From the IMG/VR virus record IMGVR_UViG_3300030376_006489: a DNA stretch of 64,000 nucleotides; one strand, given 5' to 3'. Below are positions 41,112 to 51,300 of this stretch, piece by piece. Position 1 is the stretch's first letter, and the number at the start of each line of letters is the position of its first letter. The translations under genes and the position numbers were made by a program. The DNA comes from an uncultured virus (IMG/VR IMGVR_UViG_3300030376_006489). Its lineage: Duplodnaviria > Heunggongvirae > Uroviricota > Caudoviricetes. The notes under the pieces are model-generated. The model saw only the letters and a list, made by a program, of their open reading frames with translations, ran no database searches and was not told where the DNA came from.

Positions 41112-44100
41112 ATGAAAGTTAGAATTAAAAAATTACCTAAAGGATTTTCAGTAAGAGATGGACATGTTATGAAAAACAAATCTCATGGTGGAAGCCATAC
41201 AGGAGATCAAGAATCATTTGGACTTGTAACATTACCTTCTCCGTATACAAATGATATAACATCTGGTAATTTTAATAATCCATTTGGAGATGTTAACACT
41301 TCATTAAAAGCTGTACCAAGAGAAGAAGCAAATCTTGAAGCAGAAGTTGGAGAAACTGTTTTAACTGATATGAATAATGATGGTGATTTTGAATTATATA
41401 ATATAGGAGGTAAAAGACACCACAAAGGAGGAACACCTTTAAATCTTCCACCACAATCCTTTATCTATTCAGATACAGGAGCTATGAAACTTGATAAATT
41501 TGAATTATCTGAAATGGGAATAGATTCTAAAAAGAAATTAACACCTGCAGAAGTTTCTAAAAATTATCAATTAAACAAATACATTTCTATACTTAGTGAT
41601 CCTCATTCAGATAAAATTGCTAATGATACAGCAGAATACATGATGCAAAAAAATAAAGAATCATTATCTCAATTAGCATTTTTACAAGAAGCTAAAAAAG
41701 ATTTTGAAGATGGTGTACCTTTAGCATCATATCCTTATTTATATAATCAAGGGATTGATCCAATTAGATTTTCTCAAAAAGTAGAAGGTCTTACAAAACA
41801 AGAAGCTGAACAAAAGGCTCTTATGCAACTACCACCTGAAGAGAGAATGAAAATTATGAAATTAAAAGAAATGGTACAGCAAGCTTCACAACAATCAGCG
41901 GGACCTCAAGGACCTCCACAAATGACAGCTCCTCAAGGAATGCCACCTCAACAAATGACGGAACAACCTATGCCACCACAAGGAATGGCTATGCAACCAC
42001 CTATGGCTCAAGCAGCACCAATGCCAATGATGAGATATGGAGGAGCATTACGTAAATTTCAAGGAGATACAGGATCAAGTGAAGTAGATATGATTAATGC
42101 ACAACAACAAGGAATACAAAATCAAATAGATAATTTAAATACAGATACGTACTATAATGAAGTATTAAAACAAATACAAGCTGCTCAAAATATGTATTTT
42201 GACCAATTAGACAATCAAGAAAAAATAAGTAATGAATTAGGTGCAAATCAAAGTTTAAGAAATTCAAATTCTGAATTAACAGGAGCAGCATATAATAATA
42301 AAAATATTATTCCTGGATCAGAAATGGAATTTGCACAAGATGTATTAAAATGGAAAAAACACATTGAAGCAGGTGGACAAGCACCTTCAACTATAAATCC
42401 AGCATATACTGAAGCATATAATCAAATAAATGGTAATTATGAGTTTAAAGAAGAAGAAGAAGAAAACACAGAAGATACACAAGCTGTTATTAATAACACA
42501 TATATAACAAACGCTGAAAAAGAAAATAAAGAATTAGAAAGAGTGCATAAACAGTATCAAGATTACATTAGAAGTATAAGTCATGAACAAGTAACAGATC
42601 AAAGACAAAATGAAAAACAAGGATATGCCCCTATGAATAGCCCATTAGACTTTCAAGATAAATCTAGCCCATATTATGTAGGATCTCCATTTGCAACAGG
42701 AGATACTTTAGAAACAATGAGATATGGAGGATCTGTAAGGAAATTAAAAAGATTTAAAAAGGGAGGCCAAATACCAAAAAGCGCTTTTCCTATAACAAAT
42801 AAACGTACCGGTGAAGTAATTGCTGCAAATCAAAATGAACTAGATAATTTAAAAGATTCAAATAAAGCTTTGTATGATAGAATAGTACAGGCATATGGTA
42901 GCTCAACAGGAAATGCATCTGAAGTACCTACTAGAACATCTAGTGACGAAACAAAAAAAACATATAAAGGATTTAATAGTTGGAGTGATTATTATGATAG
43001 TGATGATGCTTCTACATATAGAGATAAAAGATATCAAGCATATAGAATAGTAGCAGAAAAAAATGGAATGACCCCTCTTTCTGCAGAGGAATATCATAAA
43101 AAATATTCACAATATATGAGAGAAGTAGACAGTTTTACATCTAAATCTGAAAACGATCCTTTATATGCAAACAATCCAAATTGGGATAGTACTTATGAAT
43201 GGGAAATGTCAGATACACCATGTGCACAAGGTGAATCAGGTTGTAAAGAATATGGAGGTAATACTTGGAGAGTTACAAGCTGGGATAAAAAAGGACAAAA
43301 TTGGTATTATAATCAAGAACAAAAATCTTTAGGATTAACAGAGGACGGAGAAAGCATAGATCCAATGGATGCTGAAACCATACAGCATATGCAAACAGGA
43401 ATGAATGCTGGTATTATATTACAAAATACAGGACAAGGAGAAGACACATATGACGCACCAGTTAATTTTGATGTTTATACAAATGAGGATGGAACACAAG
43501 TAGATCCATTATCAGGAACATCTAAAGCAGAAGGATGGGCTGGAAATAATACAATGTTTAATGCAGAAGGAACATATGATATAGTTCCTGCAGAAGGTTG
43601 TACTAATGCAGCAGAAATACAACAACAATGTGAAGCACAGGGTGGAACATTTACACCATGGGATCCTCAAACACAAACAGGATGTACTTGTGAACCAGCT
43701 GAACAAAAAGAAGTTCCAGAAGATATAATTCCAGGAGAAATAGGAAAACCTGCTACATTACCAAAACCGGAATGGTGGATACAAGATAAGCTAAAATATC
43801 AAAACGCTTTAGATAATAAAATGAGCTTAAGAAAATATTATCCATGGGCTCCTAAGTATAATGCTCATTTAATAGATCCTGTATTTAAAGATCCTACAAG
43901 AGAAATTGCAGCTATTGGAGAACAAGCTGTTATAGCAGCTGATACAGCTTCTGCATTTTCAGGACCTCAAAGAGCCGCAGCAGTTCAGGCAAAAGCACAA
44001 GGTAAGGCAGGACAACAAATAGCTGATACTGTTAACAGAGTGCAAAGTGATAATATTACAATTGCTAATACTGTTGCAGCTAAAAATGCTGAAATTATGT

Positions 44101-44606
44101 ATAAAACGCAAGTTTTAAATAATAATGAAGCTAAACAACTATATGATAATACAATGTTAGTTGAACAAAATTATGATAATGCAATGAGAAAAGCTAATAC
44201 TGAAATAACAGATTCATTATCAAATGCTTATACTAATATGGCTAATACATATAACCTTAACACACTGTATAAGAATTTTGACATTCTTCCAGGAACAGGA
44301 GGTATGGTTGATATAACTAATTATGATGAATTTAATAAAGATCCAAACCATCAATCTCCTCAAAGTGTAGCACAACAATATGCAAACTTTAAACAAACAA
44401 TGTTAAAGTCACCAGGTGTAGATCCAGATGATATCCCAAAATTCCAAGAATGGTATGAGACAATATTTAAATCTGGACAAGGTGTACCTAATAACGATGC
44501 ACAAGCTGTTTTAACAGGAGGATATGCAAGAAGAGGAGGTGAATTTAGAGATTTAAGATTAGCTCAAAAGGGTATGGAATTGAAAAACTTTTTAACAGGA
44601 GTGTAA
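41112..44606 (+). CDS. Virion cargo/ejection protein
   Basis: 1164 aa; N-terminal ANLEAEVGETV...GGKRHHKGGTPL segment resembles crAss-like cargo proteins; P/Q/M-rich linker; A/Q/N-rich helical C-terminus typical of ejection proteins. Confidence 0.6.
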   Translation: MKVRIKKLPKGFSVRDGHVMKNKSHGGSHTGDQESFGLVTLPSPYTNDITSGNFNNPFGDVNTSLKAVPREEANLEAEVGETVLTDMNNDGDFELYNIGGKRHHKGGTPLNLPPQSFIYSDTGAMKLDKFELSEMGIDSKKKLTPAEVSKNYQLNKYISILSDPHSDKIANDTAEYMMQKNKESLSQLAFLQEAKKDFEDGVPLASYPYLYNQGIDPIRFSQKVEGLTKQEAEQKALMQLPPEERMKIMKLKEMVQQASQQSAGPQGPPQMTAPQGMPPQQMTEQPMPPQGMAMQPPMAQAAPMPMMRYGGALRKFQGDTGSSEVDMINAQQQGIQNQIDNLNTDTYYNEVLKQIQAAQNMYFDQLDNQEKISNELGANQSLRNSNSELTGAAYNNKNIIPGSEMEFAQDVLKWKKHIEAGGQAPSTINPAYTEAYNQINGNYEFKEEEEENTEDTQAVINNTYITNAEKENKELERVHKQYQDYIRSISHEQVTDQRQNEKQGYAPMNSPLDFQDKSSPYYVGSPFATGDTLETMRYGGSVRKLKRFKKGGQIPKSAFPITNKRTGEVIAANQNELDNLKDSNKALYDRIVQAYGSSTGNASEVPTRTSSDETKKTYKGFNSWSDYYDSDDASTYRDKRYQAYRIVAEKNGMTPLSAEEYHKKYSQYMREVDSFTSKSENDPLYANNPNWDSTYEWEMSDTPCAQGESGCKEYGGNTWRVTSWDKKGQNWYYNQEQKSLGLTEDGESIDPMDAETIQHMQTGMNAGIILQNTGQGEDTYDAPVNFDVYTNEDGTQVDPLSGTSKAEGWAGNNTMFNAEGTYDIVPAEGCTNAAEIQQQCEAQGGTFTPWDPQTQTGCTCEPAEQKEVPEDIIPGEIGKPATLPKPEWWIQDKLKYQNALDNKMSLRKYYPWAPKYNAHLIDPVFKDPTREIAAIGEQAVIAADTASAFSGPQRAAAVQAKAQGKAGQQIADTVNRVQSDNITIANTVAAKNAEIMYKTQVLNNNEAKQLYDNTMLVEQNYDNAMRKANTEITDSLSNAYTNMANTYNLNTLYKNFDILPGTGGMVDITNYDEFNKDPNHQSPQSVAQQYANFKQTMLKSPGVDPDDIPKFQEWYETIFKSGQGVPNNDAQAVLTGGYARRGGEFRDLRLAQKGMELKNFLTGV

Positions 44607-44654
44607 TTTTAAACTTTAAAAGTGTATAATGAAAAAATTAAAAACTTATAAAAT

Positions 44655-44667
44655 TTTAGTATCTTAG
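44655..44667 (+). promoter_or_regulatory. Variant candidate promoter motif TTTAGTATCTTAG
   Basis: Two-mismatch copy ending only 4 nt before the ATG at 44672. Confidence 0.4.
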
Positions 44668-44671
44668 TAAT

Positions 44672-47600
44672 ATGGCAACTTATATACGAGGAGTAGAAGA
44701 TTATGTACCTAGTTTAGAACCGTTTAAACCGGATTATAAATTCCTGTCTAATGTTTTAGATGTAAGACAAGATAGATATGATACAAACTTTAAACAACTT
44801 AATAATCTTTACAATGATGTTTTAAATGCACCATTGTCCAAAAAAGAAAATATTGAACGTAGAGATCAATTTGCAAACAGATTAAGCAATGGCTTAAAAC
44901 AAGTTTCCGGCATGGATCTTTCATTACAGCAAAATGCGGATGCTGCAAAAGGATTATTCAGACCTTTTTTTGAAGATAAAGATATTCTATTTGATATGGC
45001 ATATACAAAAAGATATCAAAAAGGTATGCAAGATGCTCAATTTTTTGCAACATCACCAAGAGAAAAAGATCAAAACAGATATTGGCAAGAAGGCGTATCA
45101 AAATTAAACATTGATATGGACAGGTTTAAAGAAGCTTCATTAACAGATGCACGTAGTATGGCATTACCTGAATATATTGAAAATCCTAATCTCTATGAAA
45201 GAGCTTTTGATGCATTAAAAGAATCTGGATTAAATGCAAAACAAACTACACCTAATGGTGATTGGCTTATAACTACAACAAACGGAACAGCATTAACTGA
45301 AAGAGTTATAGGTTATGAATTTGAAGAGGATGGTATAACTATTAAAACAGATGATGATGGAAACCCTGTATATAAAACTACAAATACAGGATTAAATTGG
45401 TTGTCAGAAACTCTATTACGTGATCCTGTTGTTCAAAGAGGATTGCAAGTACAAGCTTATGTAACAGCACATAACTTTTATACTAATGAAGAAAACGTTC
45501 AAAAATATGGAAGTGTTGATGCAGCAAAAGAAGCATGGGCAAATCAATATATAGTGGATCAAACAAATGATGATAAAGCAGTTGTAGCAGAAAGTATAAC
45601 AGCAGTTAAGACTGCTAAAACAGTTATAGAAAGATGGGAAGATTATAAACAAAAACATGGTATAGTTCCAGGAAGTCCAGAAGATGAAGTAATGTTACAG
45701 AAAATTTTTGAAATGCAAATCTTACAGCAAACAGGAGATATGACCAATGAAAGAATTAAAAAATTATCTGCACCTGCTGTTAATATTGATAGATTGTTAG
45801 AACAAGGATATCAAGGATTTATAAAATCTGTAGCAGGACCTAAGTTAAAAGGAGCAGCTTCTGCACATAGTCAAATAGGAGCAGAAACTATCTTTAAAGA
45901 AAATCAATTTGCAATAAATGAAAAAAATCATATATATAATCTGCAAAGAGATCATGAAAGAAGCTTAGATATATTAGATCAAATTCACAGAAGAGGTGAA
46001 ATTGGTTTAATAAAACAAGCAGATCTATATGATAGAATGGCTCAATTAGAAATATTAAAAGATCAATTATCAGGAGGAAAAGGTACAGGTGATGGTTATA
46101 GTTATACACCTCCAAATGTAGGTGCTATAAATTTAGCTCTTCAAAATGCAACAGGAGAAAGTACTCCTGTAATAATGACTAACCTTAATCAAGATGCTAA
46201 AATATGGGCGGAGGGTGAAATTACAAATACAGAAGTGCAACTGATGAGAACAATGCTAAATACATTTCCAAGTCAGTTTAAAAATTCTGATATGATTAAA
46301 CAAAATGGAGGAATGATTGGATACCATTATAAAGAGTGTGCAACATGTGCTTCAGTATATAAAGAATCAAATTGGGAAACTGCAATAGAAGATTTAACTG
46401 CAAGAGATAATGCAGGTCTTATGGTTAATCAACCTGAATATGAAAGACTTAAAAAAATACTTGTAGAAAATCCACTATCAAGTTTAGCAACAAAAATAGA
46501 AAATAGTGAATTTAATAATGTTCTAATGTATACTGATATTCCTACATTAAATACAAAAGAAGGAAAATTAAAAGAAGAAGAAATTCTTATGATGCATGCA
46601 AACATAATGCAAATGAAAAATTTGTATACAGGTTTAATTGATAATAAAAATGAAGGATATACTAATCTTTTAAACTGGGCAATGCAAGATTATTCAACAG
46701 GTTTTAGTGAAGCTCAAAAAAATGGTTATATACCCCCAGTTCTTTCTCAAAGACAAGTTGAAATGATTAGAGACAATGTGCCTATAAATTTAGTTCTTAG
46801 AGCTGGAGATCTTGATGGAGGAGAGGAAACAGATGGTACAGATCTTATTACTAATTTTCTAGAGTCATTTAGTACTGCTAAGGATGCGCGTGCTTTAGTG
46901 GAAAAGTATAAAAATTTAAATCACACTAGTAAATTCATCCCATCAAAACAATTATATAGAGAATTAAATGTAGTAGCGTTAGGTGGCACAAATGCAAGAG
47001 GAGAGGTGGAATTTAGAAATGGTACAACAGGTACAGGAAAAGATGCAATATATAAACATTTAAATGAAAATTTTCAAGGAGCTCAATATGTAGGATCACT
47101 GAGCGGTAAATACAACCCTTCTTCTGGTTATACAATACCTTTATTTGAAAGGAATCCTGGATTAGCAAAATACTGGTGGTGGGATTCTAATTCTAATACC
47201 GGTAACTGGGGATCTACTATAGGAGGAGATAATACAGGGGAATGGAAATTTGATGAAAAAGCTGCTAGAGAAGATTCTAATTTACATTATGATGGAGCAA
47301 AAGAGGATGAAAATAACGCTTTAGGAATGGAAGTTGATGATGAAGATGTTGGTGTATTTCAAACACTGAATAAAATGTTAGTAAGTCCAGCAGCAGTTAC
47401 ACATGGTTATGATGTTAATTTTATGGGAGGCTGGGTTGGTCAACCAATGCTTACAAGAAAAGGAGCAGGTATAGGTACAGTTGCTTATCCAAGTTTTAAT
47501 TTTAATTTTGACTACCTTAATAAAAATGGATATTCTGTTCAAGTTTTAGATGAACTAGATAGAATTGTTTCATCAGGAACTGAAGGTAGTAGTTTTATTG

Positions 47601-48304
47601 TCAGTCAGGGAGATAAAAGAGGAGTTTCAATTAATGACATTTTAGGAGAAAAGCCAGATGAATATTCTACAAAAATGAATGACCCACAAGATGTAATTTT
47701 AAAAGCAATATTACAAGATTACAAAAGAGATTATGATTGGGATAAAGGAGATCAACCTCTTTTTCAAATTGAATATAGACAGTCAGGATCTAAAGAAGGA
47801 TGGGGAAGTTACCATATAACACTAGATAAAAATTATGCACAAAATGGTCAATGGCAAACTCTTTTATCAGGATTTGGAGATACTAGTAAAAAGAAGTCAA
47901 GATCAACAGCTACAGTAGATAAAATTGATCAAGACGTAAGTAAACTTATATCAGAAGGTATTACAGTTCACGTAAATAAAGATAATGACAATAATCCATA
48001 CCATACTAAAAATAGATCTGTAGATGCTATTGCTACTGAAATTAATAGAACAAAAGCACCTTGGAGTATGTCTATTGCAAACGGAGGTACAATTCAAGTT
48101 GAAAAAACACAAGGAGGGTATATAATTAAATCACAAAAAACAATGCTTCAAGATGGAAATATTGTTTTAGGTGAGTGGTATACAGAACCTACAATATTTG
48201 ACGAATGGGGATTAACAGATATGATTTTTAGAGGAATAGATGATTTACAAAATAATGCTTTATACCAAATAGATGTAAGAGATAATCCACCACCAATTCA
48301 ATAA
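44672..48304 (+). CDS. Large virion cargo protein upstream of virion RNAP
   Basis: 1210 aa; N-terminal PFKPDYKFL..VLDVRQDRYD resembles the protein preceding the RNAP genes in crAss-like phages; no catalytic motif recognised. Confidence 0.55.
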   Translation: MATYIRGVEDYVPSLEPFKPDYKFLSNVLDVRQDRYDTNFKQLNNLYNDVLNAPLSKKENIERRDQFANRLSNGLKQVSGMDLSLQQNADAAKGLFRPFFEDKDILFDMAYTKRYQKGMQDAQFFATSPREKDQNRYWQEGVSKLNIDMDRFKEASLTDARSMALPEYIENPNLYERAFDALKESGLNAKQTTPNGDWLITTTNGTALTERVIGYEFEEDGITIKTDDDGNPVYKTTNTGLNWLSETLLRDPVVQRGLQVQAYVTAHNFYTNEENVQKYGSVDAAKEAWANQYIVDQTNDDKAVVAESITAVKTAKTVIERWEDYKQKHGIVPGSPEDEVMLQKIFEMQILQQTGDMTNERIKKLSAPAVNIDRLLEQGYQGFIKSVAGPKLKGAASAHSQIGAETIFKENQFAINEKNHIYNLQRDHERSLDILDQIHRRGEIGLIKQADLYDRMAQLEILKDQLSGGKGTGDGYSYTPPNVGAINLALQNATGESTPVIMTNLNQDAKIWAEGEITNTEVQLMRTMLNTFPSQFKNSDMIKQNGGMIGYHYKECATCASVYKESNWETAIEDLTARDNAGLMVNQPEYERLKKILVENPLSSLATKIENSEFNNVLMYTDIPTLNTKEGKLKEEEILMMHANIMQMKNLYTGLIDNKNEGYTNLLNWAMQDYSTGFSEAQKNGYIPPVLSQRQVEMIRDNVPINLVLRAGDLDGGEETDGTDLITNFLESFSTAKDARALVEKYKNLNHTSKFIPSKQLYRELNVVALGGTNARGEVEFRNGTTGTGKDAIYKHLNENFQGAQYVGSLSGKYNPSSGYTIPLFERNPGLAKYWWWDSNSNTGNWGSTIGGDNTGEWKFDEKAAREDSNLHYDGAKEDENNALGMEVDDEDVGVFQTLNKMLVSPAAVTHGYDVNFMGGWVGQPMLTRKGAGIGTVAYPSFNFNFDYLNKNGYSVQVLDELDRIVSSGTEGSSFIVSQGDKRGVSINDILGEKPDEYSTKMNDPQDVILKAILQDYKRDYDWDKGDQPLFQIEYRQSGSKEGWGSYHITLDKNYAQNGQWQTLLSGFGDTSKKKSRSTATVDKIDQDVSKLISEGITVHVNKDNDNNPYHTKNRSVDAIATEINRTKAPWSMSIANGGTIQVEKTQGGYIIKSQKTMLQDGNIVLGEWYTEPTIFDEWGLTDMIFRGIDDLQNNALYQIDVRDNPPPIQ

Positions 48305-48315
48305 AAACCAAAACT

Positions 48316-51300
48316 ATGGCTGAAGAGTTATCACAAAATACGCAAAATGCTCCAATAGAGTCTTTACCAATAGGTCAAGATCCTAATGTCTTGGGCAATG
48401 GGCCCACCGTTCAAATAACAGAGAATCTTAAAATGCCTCAAACAGAAGATTTGATTCAAGATGTTAAAATGCAAGGAACGGGTGAAACAACAACTCCAAT
48501 CATTAATGACTATTATAAAGATATAGTTGATAGAACATCAAAATTAGAATTGTTTGATACAAGTATATTTCCACCGTACAATCCACCAAGTCTAAGTAAA
48601 ATGGGAAAAGTAAGTGGATTAGACAGTGTTGATCCTAGTGGATTTGATAGAAATACAGATCAAGGAAGAAATAATTCTTTCAGCATGTCTCTCCAACAAG
48701 GGCTTCAAGATAAAGGGGTAGATCCTGCACCAGGATATCAAGAACCTTTTCACTTTTCAGAAAGAGCATTTAGTATGGATAGATACCATCTGCATCCTAA
48801 TTTTGCAGATTTAGGATTTAATCCTCTTGCAGATAACGAATCTATATATCAAAAGTCATCATCTAAATCAGCCAATTGGGATAGAAGTTGGGCAGCATGG
48901 TCTACAACTTATTATCCGGCTATGACATCTCAATGGAGATCATGGACAGATATAAAGAAAGGAAGACCTTTTGATTCTGACTTTGTAGGAGCACGGGCAT
49001 TTCAAGATATGATGAGAACAGGTGGTTCAGGTGGTCAAGGAGGAGCATTATCAAGAAAATGGTGGAATGATTTCTTTTTACAAAGTTCATATACAGCAGG
49101 TATTGTAACTAGTATTGCTGTAGAAGAATTCGTTATGTGGGCTGCAATAAGTGGACTTGCATATACCGGTGTTGGTAGTGGTGCTGCGGGTCTTCTTGCT
49201 GTTCCAAAAGCATTAAAAACTGCAAAAAATTTAAATAGAGTAAGACGTTTATTTAATGTAGGTGATACAATAGCTTTAGGAAGTAGTTATAAAAGAGTAA
49301 TGAATACTTATAAAAGTGCTATTAAAAGTTTAGATGAAATAAAAAATGCAAAAAGTGCATGGCAAGGGATAAGATTAACAGGAGTAGGTTTAGCAAAAGC
49401 AGGTGCCAATTTCCTTGCTCCTGAAACTATATATGCAATGAGCAGGTTAAGATCAAGAATGAAAAGAGGTGAGAACATTACAAGTTTAGTTAAAGGTGCA
49501 GAATCACTTGGTGGTTTTTATAGAGATATAAGAAATATTAATATGGCTTTAGCTGAGTCTAAAATGGAAGCAGGTGGTGTAGAGATGACATTAAGAAATA
49601 ACTTATATGCTCAAAGAAGAGAACAACTTGGTTTAAAAGATAGTTCTGAAGAATTACCACAAAAAGTTATAGATGATATTTATAAAGATGCTGCAGGAGG
49701 AGGATTTAAAGATTTATTAATAAACTTTCCTATTCTTTGGTTAAGTAATAAATTAGTTCTTGGTAGAATAACAAGAGGTTTTAAACCTTTTGGAGAACTT
49801 ATGGATGCTACATTAGATGGAGCAATGGGAAGAATGCAAAAAAACTTTATGCGTCCAAAAGATTATGCAAAAGCAGTTGGTAAAGGAACTGTTAAAGAAG
49901 GGTTTTATGATGCTGGTGATTATGTATTCTTTAACAATATAAGAAAAATGATTAAGGCTGGTGCAAAAGGGTCTGTTAAACACGCAGCAGGAGTAGCTTT
50001 AAAATACGGATCTATGAATATTGCAGAAGGTGTACAAGAAGTTTTACAAGAAAGTACAGCATTAGGTCTAGAACAATATTATAGAGACTTATATGATCAA
50101 ACTTCTATGGCCGATATAGAAGGTCAATTAGCTTTATTAAATGATGCATATGATGAAGGAGTTAGAAAATCATCACGTGACTGGGAAGAAGTAGGCAAAC
50201 TTATATCAGAAGGATGGAATCAGTCTGATGTATTTGCAAAATATGCAAAAGAAGGTATGCACGAGTTAGGAACAGAACAAGGAGTAAGTGTTTTTCTATC
50301 TGGATTTATGATGGGGGGACTTATTCAAGGACCACAACAAGCTTTAACTGTAGGATTACCTAAAGCTATTAATTGGGTATGGGACAGAAAGGCTTATAAC
50401 GAAACAGATGCAGCAACAAAGAAATGGGTAAATGCCGTTGCAAAGGCAGATCAAAAATTATACGGTAATCCATTACACTTTTTTGATAAGAATAGATTCA
50501 ACCTTACTCTACAAAAAATAATTACAGAAAGAATGAACATGCATACTCTTGGAAATAATATAAGAGAATGGATGGATGATAGAGATTATGCTGATTTTGA
50601 ACATATATATACTTCAATTAGTAACGGTCATTATGATTCTATTGTAGATAACTTAGAAAAAATTTCAGGATTAGATGATAAAACCATAAAAGAATTTTTT
50701 AGAGCTCCAAACGGTAATGCAGTGAAGCTTAGAAAAAGATTAAAGGATATGGTTAATAGAGCCAAGCAAATAAAAATAAATATGGAAGCTATTGATAAAA
50801 AGTTTCCACAAAACTTTAATCCAAATAATTATACTGCTGGAACAGATAAACACACAGAAGAGTCTCTTTCATGGTTAGGTGTAGATCAAGCTCAAAAATA
50901 TTTAGTTTTTGCAAAAGATCAAATGACAGCACAATTAAAAAGAGCCAATAGTATAATGGAAGCATTATCTAAAGATCCTGTTGTTGCTAAATCAGATCCA
51001 AAAGATGTACAACTTTTAACATCACAAAAAACATTAAACCAAGAAATTGAAATACTAAGATTAGAAATAAAAGAACCAGCAGAAACTAAAGAACAAATAG
51101 ATAGAAAAAAACATAAAACTGAAAAGTTAGAACTATTACAAAAAATGCAATCCATTTTAAATGATGAAAAAAATGTTGGCGCAAAAGGATACTTCTTAAA
51201 AAAGAATATAAATAAAATTAAACCTACATTTTTAAAATATTTAAATCTTATAGCTAATAAAGATGATAGTTATGTAAACTATGAAAACATTGATGATACA

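Noticed and set aside
43365..43560. Possible peptidoglycan-binding motif (IQHMQTGMN...EGWAGNNT) in the 1164-aa protein
   Set aside because: Only a weak, widely spaced resemblance to PG_binding_1; not supportable without a profile search.
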